Of a stretch of DNA of 64,000 nt, positions 58,280-64,000 are shown piece by piece. Location of the stretch: NCBI RefSeq assembly GCF_025526975.1, contig NW_026515673.1, positions 744,001-808,000 of the forward strand. Reading direction: 5' to 3'. The first letter of the stretch is position 1; every line of letters begins with the position of its first letter. The stretch is from Fimicolochytrium jonesii. Lineage: Eukaryota. A program made the position numbers and the translations under genes. The notes under the pieces were generated by a model, which saw only the letters and a list, made by a program, of their open reading frames with translations, did no database searches and was not told the DNA's origin.

Positions 58280-60513
58280 AGCCCCAGCGACTGGACAACA
58301 CACACCGCCCCGGGCCTCCTAACCTCGCAGCTCCTGCAACGGGAGAGGCCACCCCCCTGGTTCCCGACTCCGTTATAGCCGACACAACCCTCCTAGCCGC
58401 TGCCCATGTCGAAAACTCCGAAATTAACCCCCGCGCCATGCTTGCGCTGGGTCCCGTCAAACCCTTCAACTACCCCGTTACCATCATGGTATCATCCAGC
58501 CGCGCCCCGATACCTATCTCAGCCATGATCGACAACGGTGCCCTGTCCTGCTTCATCGACAGAGACTTTGCCCGCAAACACCGCATCGCCCTAGTCCCAC
58601 AGCAGCGTCCACTGACGATTGAACTCATTGACGGTCAACTCAGCTCTGCTGGACCAATCACCCATCACACCCAACCAGTAGGCATGTGGGTCGACGACCA
58701 CTTCGAAGAACTCGTCTTCCATGTCACCAAATCACCCCATGCTCCAATCCTCCTTGGTCTCCCCTGGCTCCGCCTCCACGACATTAACCTTGACTTCAAG
58801 AACCTTTCGGTCGGTTTCCGTTGCGACAGTCAGTACCATGAATTCGCGAATTGGGACAACTCTCCAGCACCCCTGAGCCCAGCACCCGCCAGAACCCCCG
58901 AGCCCTTGATCCGCATCCCCCAGGATGAAGTTCCCGTCAACGAAACATGGTCGATTCCAGTACCCAAGGTATCTCGCTCCAGCACCCCAGAACCGGCTCC
59001 CACGCCGCTCCGAGTCTCGTTCATCTCCGCCCCAGCCTTCCGGGTCGCAGCAAGGCATGACCAGGTCTTTGTCGCCTACACCAACCCTGCGAAACCCGAT
59101 CTCCCGACCTCGCCTAGCCCCAGTAACCCCCCGACACCCGAGAAAGACATCAAAGACTTCCTGCCCCCCGAGTATCAAGACTTCGCCGACGTTTTCGAAA
59201 AGAGAAATGCTGACACACTCCCCGAGCACCGACCCTACGACTGTCCAATCGATCTGGAAGAAGGCAGGCAGCCACCTTTCGGCCCGATCTACAGCCTCAG
59301 CGAACCAGAAATGAAGGCACTCTGCGAATACCTCGAAGAAAACCTCGCCAAAGGATTCATCAAACCCTCAAAGTCCCCTGCCGGTGCGCCAGTCTTATTT
59401 GTGAAGAAAAAGGACGGTTCTCTCCGCCTCTGCGTCGATTATCGAGGCCTGAACAGCATCACGGTGAAGAATCGCTACCCCCTGCCCCTGATCAACGGTA
59501 TCATGGATCGTTTGCGCGGCGCCCGCCGTCTCACCAAGATCGACCTTCGCGGCGCTTATAACCTCTTACGCATGCGCCCGGGCAATGAATGGAAGACCGC
59601 CTTCCGCTGCCGCTACGGCCTATTCAAATACAATGTCATGCCCTTTGGACTCAGCAATGCTCCTGGCCTCTTCCAGTACCTGATGAACGACATCTTCCGC
59701 GACATTCTCGATGTGTTTGTTGTCGTCTACCTCGACGATATCCTGATATTGTCCAAGAACCCCGAAGATCACCCCAAACATGCCCGCGAAGTCTTGTCCC
59801 GCCTCCGACAGCATGGGTTGTACGCCAAACCAGAGAAGTGCGAATTCAACCGCGAATCCGTTGAGTTCCTAGGCTTCATCATCTCCGAGAAAGGCATCCA
59901 GATGGACCCCAAGAAGATCGCTGCCATCACGGATTGGGAACCTCCCAAGACTGTCAAAGGCGTCCAGCGATTCCTCGGCTTTGCCAACTTCTATCGCCGA
60001 CTCATCCAAGGTTATTCCAGGATCGCTACCCCGCTCACAGCCCTGACCCGGAAAGACATCCCGTACGCCTGGACACCCGCCGCAAACACCGCCTTCGAGA
60101 ACCTGAAGAAAGCATTCACCACCGCCCCCATCCTTGCTCACCCTGACCCAGAGAAGCCCTTTGTCGTCGAAACTGACGCCTCCGACTTCGCTCTCGGCGC
60201 AGTTCTCCTCCAACCTGACCAGGACAATCAGCTCCACCCCATGACCTTCCACTCTCGCAAATTCACGGCCGAAGAGATCAACTACGAGATCTACGACAAG
60301 GAACTTCTGGCCATCCAAGACTCCTTTGCCCAGTGGCGACACCATCTCATTGGCGCCTGTCACAAGATCACCGTTTACTCTGACCATAAAAACCTTCAGT
60401 ACTTCATGACCACCCGCACCCTGAACCGCCGCCAAGCCCGCTGGTCAATATTCTTCTCGGATTTTGACTTTGTCATTACCTACCGCCCCGGTTCCCAGCA
60501 GCACCAAGCCGAT
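58252..60513 (+). CDS. pol: Pol (protease-RT-RNase H) in the -1 frame relative to gag, truncated by a nested insertion
   Basis: The -1 frame is open from the slippery site GGGTTTT (58252-58258). Motifs are IDNGA (protease), LCVDYRGLN, VYLDDIL and ETDASDFALGAVL. Confidence 0.9.
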
Positions 60514-61044
60514 TGTTAAGAATGGGCGGAGCCGACGGAAATAGAGGCGACTTGTGGTGCAGGTTGTTGACAGGTAATGGTATTCAGACCGAAACAAGAA
60601 CTAGAACAAGACTAGGAAGAACTGGTGTTGATCTGCTGGGGGATCAGGAAGTGGGGAGCTCAGGGGAGGCGGCTATTTATGCTTTTCTGGGAAGGCTGGG
60701 GAAGCGTGGGGAAGCAGAAGGGTACGGAATGAGAGGGAAGCCAAGAGAAGCGCCAAGGGTGGGGGAAGCATAGAAACAGAAGACTGGGGATGGGGTGGCT
60801 ACGCTGAGGCTGTGGGCGGGTACGTGGGGAAGTATGAAGAAGGGTTTGTAAGCGCCGAGTGTTGGGAGGTGTGGCTACGTGCGGCTGCGTGGAGAAATGA
60901 AGGCAGTGGCAGGTGTGGGGTAGCGCGGCTGCGTGCGGCTGCGAGGTTTGGCAGATGTCAGGTTTTCACAGGGAATTGACATTGACTGACTGTTGGGATG
61001 CTGTCATGAGGTAAGCGCATGGTATGGACGCGTCGTCCATAACA
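60514..61044 (-). repeat. 3' LTR of element 2 (531 nt), preceded by a polypurine tract AGGAGGGGGTGA
   Basis: The minus strand begins TGTTATGGACGACGCG right after the PPT and ends CTTAACA. Confidence 0.9.
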
Positions 61045-61056
61045 TCACCCCCTCCT

Positions 61057-64000
61057 TTAGCCACGGCGTCCGGATGTTGTTTTGATGTTGGCAGGCTTTG
61101 GTCGGGGTTTGTCGGGGTACTTTTGGTGGAACTGGGCAACAAGCTCTTGACAGCGGGCAAGGTGTTCCACTGGCTCCCATGTGTTCTCCGAGCTTGGCCA
61201 ACCCTGCCACTTGATGAGGTACTGAAGGTGCGTGCGTCGAATACGGGAGTCAAGAATGTCTTCCACAATCCATTCCTCCTGTCCTTCGACTTCTTCTGGT
61301 GGGGTGGGTTCTGGCTCAGTTCGCTCCGGAATGGTGAAACGTGGTTCAAGAAGGGAGACATGGAAGACGTTGTGAATTTTGTAGGATGGGGGAAGCTTGA
61401 GGCGATATGTGACCGAGTTGATCTTCTCCGTGATTGTGAAGGGGCCAATCTTACGGTGATCAAGTTTCTGGGAAGGTCGGAGAGTCTTGAGATTCCGCTG
61501 TAAGAGCCAGACACTGTCCCCGGGTTTCATGTCTGGGCCAGGTGCCCTCTTAGCATCGGCAAAGCGCTTCATGCGTCCTTGGGCCTCCTTGAGCTCAGTG
61601 GCAAGCTGTTCATGGATTTCCTTGAGATGGTTGGCACGAGCTTCGGCTGCAGGATTAAGGGATTCGGTTGTGGTGGCGGAAGCCAGACTGAATCGAGGAT
61701 GGAACCCATAGTTGGCGTAGAAGGGGGTTGTCTGGGTGGCGGAGTGGATGGTGTTATTGTAAGAGAACTCAGCAGAAGACAAGAGTTCCTTCCAGTTATC
61801 TTGTTGATAGTTGCAAAAGCAGCGAAGGTATTGCTCAAGAATCTGATTGGTCCGCTCGGTTTGTCCATCGCTCTGGGGATGGAACGCCGATGAGAGGTTG
61901 ACCTTGGTTCCCAGGAGAGCGAAGAGACGTTTCCAGAAGTGGGAGTTGAACTGTGGGCCACGGTCAGATACAATATCGTCGGGGAGTCCATGGAGCCGGA
62001 TGACATGGTGCCAGATCAGATCTGCAGTTGACTCAGCGGTGGCAGTTTTCCTGCACGGTACAAAGTGCGCCATCTTGGTGAACCGGCAGATGACAACGAG
62101 CACAGAATCAACCCCATCACTGGCGGGTAGATGCGTGATGAAGTCCATGGAAATTGACCCCCAGGGGCGGTCAGGGACCTGCAGGGGTTGAAGGAGTCCG
62201 TAGGGCTTGTGTCTGCTGGTCTTGGCTTGAGCACATACGTCGCAGGACCTGATGTAGGACTCGACAAAACGCCACTGGCTAGGCCACCAGTAGTTGCGTG
62301 AGATGAGCTCCAGGGTCTTTGACATGCCGTAGTGTCCTGCCAAACGCGTGTCATGCATGTCCCGGCAGATCTCAGCACGGAGCTTGTTGGTGGGGACGTA
62401 GACAAGGTTGTCGTACAGCAGAACCCCATTTTCCTCGGAGAATCGCTTTATCCGTTCTTGGTCTTCTTGAGATTGCTGGGCAATGGGGGCCCTAAGCTGT
62501 CGCCGGATGGTTTGCGCAAACACGTCAGATGCCAGGGCAGCTTTGATTTGGTCAAGGAGCGAGGAGTCCAGTGGGGTCAGATAAGTGGCGGCCAGGCGGA
62601 GGTGGTCAGGGGTGAGGATCGTGGTTTCCTGGGAGCGGAATGCTTCTTCCCCCTCCCTTAGCTCGTATTCAGAGCGACGAGAGAGGGCGTCAGCTTGGTG
62701 TTGCTGGGTACCAGGGCGGTATGTGCTGACAAAGTCGAAATCAGCAAAGAAGATTGACCAGCGGGATTGGCGGCGGTTGAGGGTACGGGTAGTCATGAAG
62801 TACTGGAGGTTCTTGTGGTCACAGTAAACGACGACCTTGTGGCGGGCACCAATGAGGTGGTGTCGCCATTGAGCAAATGAGTCTTGGATAGCCAGGAGTT
62901 CCTTGTCGTAAATCTCATAGTTGATTTCCTCAGGAGTAAATTTGCGGGAGTGAAAGGCCACGGGGTGGAGTTGATCTGTGTCGTCGGGTTGAAGGAGGAC
63001 GGCGCCAAGGGCAAAGTCGGAGGCATCGGATTCGACAATGAAGGGCTTGTCAGGGTCAGGGTGAGTCAGGATAGGTGCGGAGGTGAAGGCTTTCTTGAGG
63101 GTTTCAAAAGCTAGGTGTGCAGCGTGGGTCCATTTGAATGGCAAGTCTTTGCGAGTGAGCGTGGTCAGGGGTGCAACGATCGCAGAGTACCCTTTGATGA
63201 ATCGCCGGTAGAAGTTGGCAAAACCAAGGAAGCGCTGGATGCCTTTGACATTCGTCGGGGGTTCCCATTCGGTAATGGCAGCCGTCTTCTTTGGGTCCAT
63301 GGAAATGCCTTGCTGGGAGATGATAAACCCCAGGAACTCAACAGAGTCACGGTTGAATTCGCATTTTTCCGGTTTCGCATACAGCCCGTGCTGGCGGAGC
63401 CGTGAGAGCACCTCTCGGACGTGGTTGGGGTGGTCTTCTGGGTTTTTTGAGAAGATCAGAATGTCGTCAAGGTAGACCACAACAAAAAAGTCGAGAATGT
63501 CACGGAATATGTCGTTCATGAGGTGTTGGAATACTCCAGGGGCATTGGTGAGCCCAAACGGCATGACATTATACTCGAATAGGCCGTAGCGACATCGGAA
63601 CGCTGTCTTCCATTCATCCCCTGGCCGGATCCGAAGAAGGTTGTAGGCTCCCCGGAGGTCAATCTTGGTGAGCCTGCGTGCCCCTCGAAGACGATCCATG
63701 ATGCTGTTAATCAAGGGCAAGGGATAGCGATTCTTGATGGTGATATTGTTGAGTCCACGATAGTTGACGCACAGACGGAGGGAACCGTCCTTTTTCTTGA
63801 CAAAGAGGACTGGGGCACCGGCGGGAGACTTGGAGTGCTTGATGAACCCCTTAGCTAGGTTCTCTTCAAGGTAGTCACAGAGTGCCTGCATTTCAGGCTC
63901 GCTGAGACTATAGATCGGGCCGAACGGTGGCTGTTTGCCCTCTTCTAAGTCGATGGGACAGCCGTAGGGTCGGTGCTCTGGGAGGGTATCCGCGTTCTTC
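61057..64000 (-). CDS. pol: Pol (RT-RNase H-integrase-chromodomain), 5'-truncated by the window edge
   Basis: YLDD; HHCC motif (HDTRLAGH..CDVC); SMDFI/VSDRGPQF/DGQTER (DDE); GPF; and chromodomain EWIVEDILDSR..YLIKWQGWPSSENTWEP. Confidence 0.96.
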   Translation of the reverse strand, partial: KNADTLPEHRPYGCPIDLEEGKQPPFGPIYSLSEPEMQALCDYLEENLAKGFIKHSKSPAGAPVLFVKKKDGSLRLCVNYRGLNNITIKNRYPLPLINSIMDRLRGARRLTKIDLRGAYNLLRIRPGDEWKTAFRCRYGLFEYNVMPFGLTNAPGVFQHLMNDIFRDILDFFVVVYLDDILIFSKNPEDHPNHVREVLSRLRQHGLYAKPEKCEFNRDSVEFLGFIISQQGISMDPKKTAAITEWEPPTNVKGIQRFLGFANFYRRFIKGYSAIVAPLTTLTRKDLPFKWTHAAHLAFETLKKAFTSAPILTHPDPDKPFIVESDASDFALGAVLLQPDDTDQLHPVAFHSRKFTPEEINYEIYDKELLAIQDSFAQWRHHLIGARHKVVVYCDHKNLQYFMTTRTLNRRQSRWSIFFADFDFVSTYRPGTQQHQADALSRRSEYELREGEEAFRSQETTILTPDHLRLAATYLTPLDSSLLDQIKAALASDVFAQTIRRQLRAPIAQQSQEDQERIKRFSEENGVLLYDNLVYVPTNKLRAEICRDMHDTRLAGHYGMSKTLELISRNYWWPSQWRFVESYIRSCDVCAQAKTSRHKPYGLLQPLQVPDRPWGSISMDFITHLPASDGVDSVLVVICRFTKMAHFVPCRKTATAESTADLIWHHVIRLHGLPDDIVSDRGPQFNSHFWKRLFALLGTKVNLSSAFHPQSDGQTERTNQILEQYLRCFCNYQQDNWKELLSSAEFSYNNTIHSATQTTPFYANYGFHPRFSLASATTTESLNPAAEARANHLKEIHEQLATELKEAQGRMKRFADAKRAPGPDMKPGDSVWLLQRNLKTLRPSQKLDHRKIGPFTITEKINSVTYRLKLPPSYKIHNVFHVSLLEPRFTIPERTEPEPTPPEEVEGQEEWIVEDILDSRIRRTHLQYLIKWQGWPSSENTWEPVEHLARCQELVAQFHQKYPDKPRPKPANIKTTSGRRG

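Larger units (their letters stand above)
56673..60513 (+). mobile_element. Ty3/Gypsy LTR retrotransposon 1 (5' LTR, gag, pol up to the end of RNase H), interrupted by element 2
   Basis: LTR TGTTA...TAACA, gag with a CCHC knuckle, then PR, RT (YLDD) and RH. Pol breaks off at QQHQAD, exactly where an inverted LTR begins. Confidence 0.95.
60514..64000 (-). mobile_element. Ty3/Gypsy chromovirus LTR retrotransposon 2 (3' part), nested in element 1 in opposite orientation; runs off the window
   Basis: Pol has RT, RH, integrase and a chromodomain, followed by a PPT and a 3' LTR. Confidence 0.96.

Overview
Eukaryotic nuclear DNA: intron-rich, with short GT-AG introns. It is most likely a zoosporic (chytrid-type) fungus, inferred from fungal-type housekeeping genes plus a cilia-associated RIIAD1-like gene. 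Bases 1-49.7 kb are a compact block of about 21 host genes, including PP2A catalytic subunit, proteasome beta5, SAP/PP6R, DGAT2, inhibitor-2, Snu66, Oct1, TFIIF-beta, GGT, Nem1, NAT9, Ydc2/Cce1-like resolvase and a Pex30-like peroxin. From about 50 kb the window becomes a mobile-element block. It contains a six-intron Fanzor1 (eukaryotic TnpB-type RNA-guided nuclease) gene on the minus strand, with a candidate omegaRNA behind its stop codon and a second copy of that sequence inside its own intron. A Tet/JBP-like 2OG-Fe(II) dioxygenase gene sits head-to-head with it, and its intron carries a 4x88-nt structured repeat array. Each of the two genes has a single in-frame stop that CpG deamination could explain. 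The window ends with two related Ty3/Gypsy LTR retrotransposons, one nested in the other in opposite orientation; the nested one has a chromodomain integrase. All gene models were spliced and translated by eye, and family assignments come from motif recognition, not database searches.
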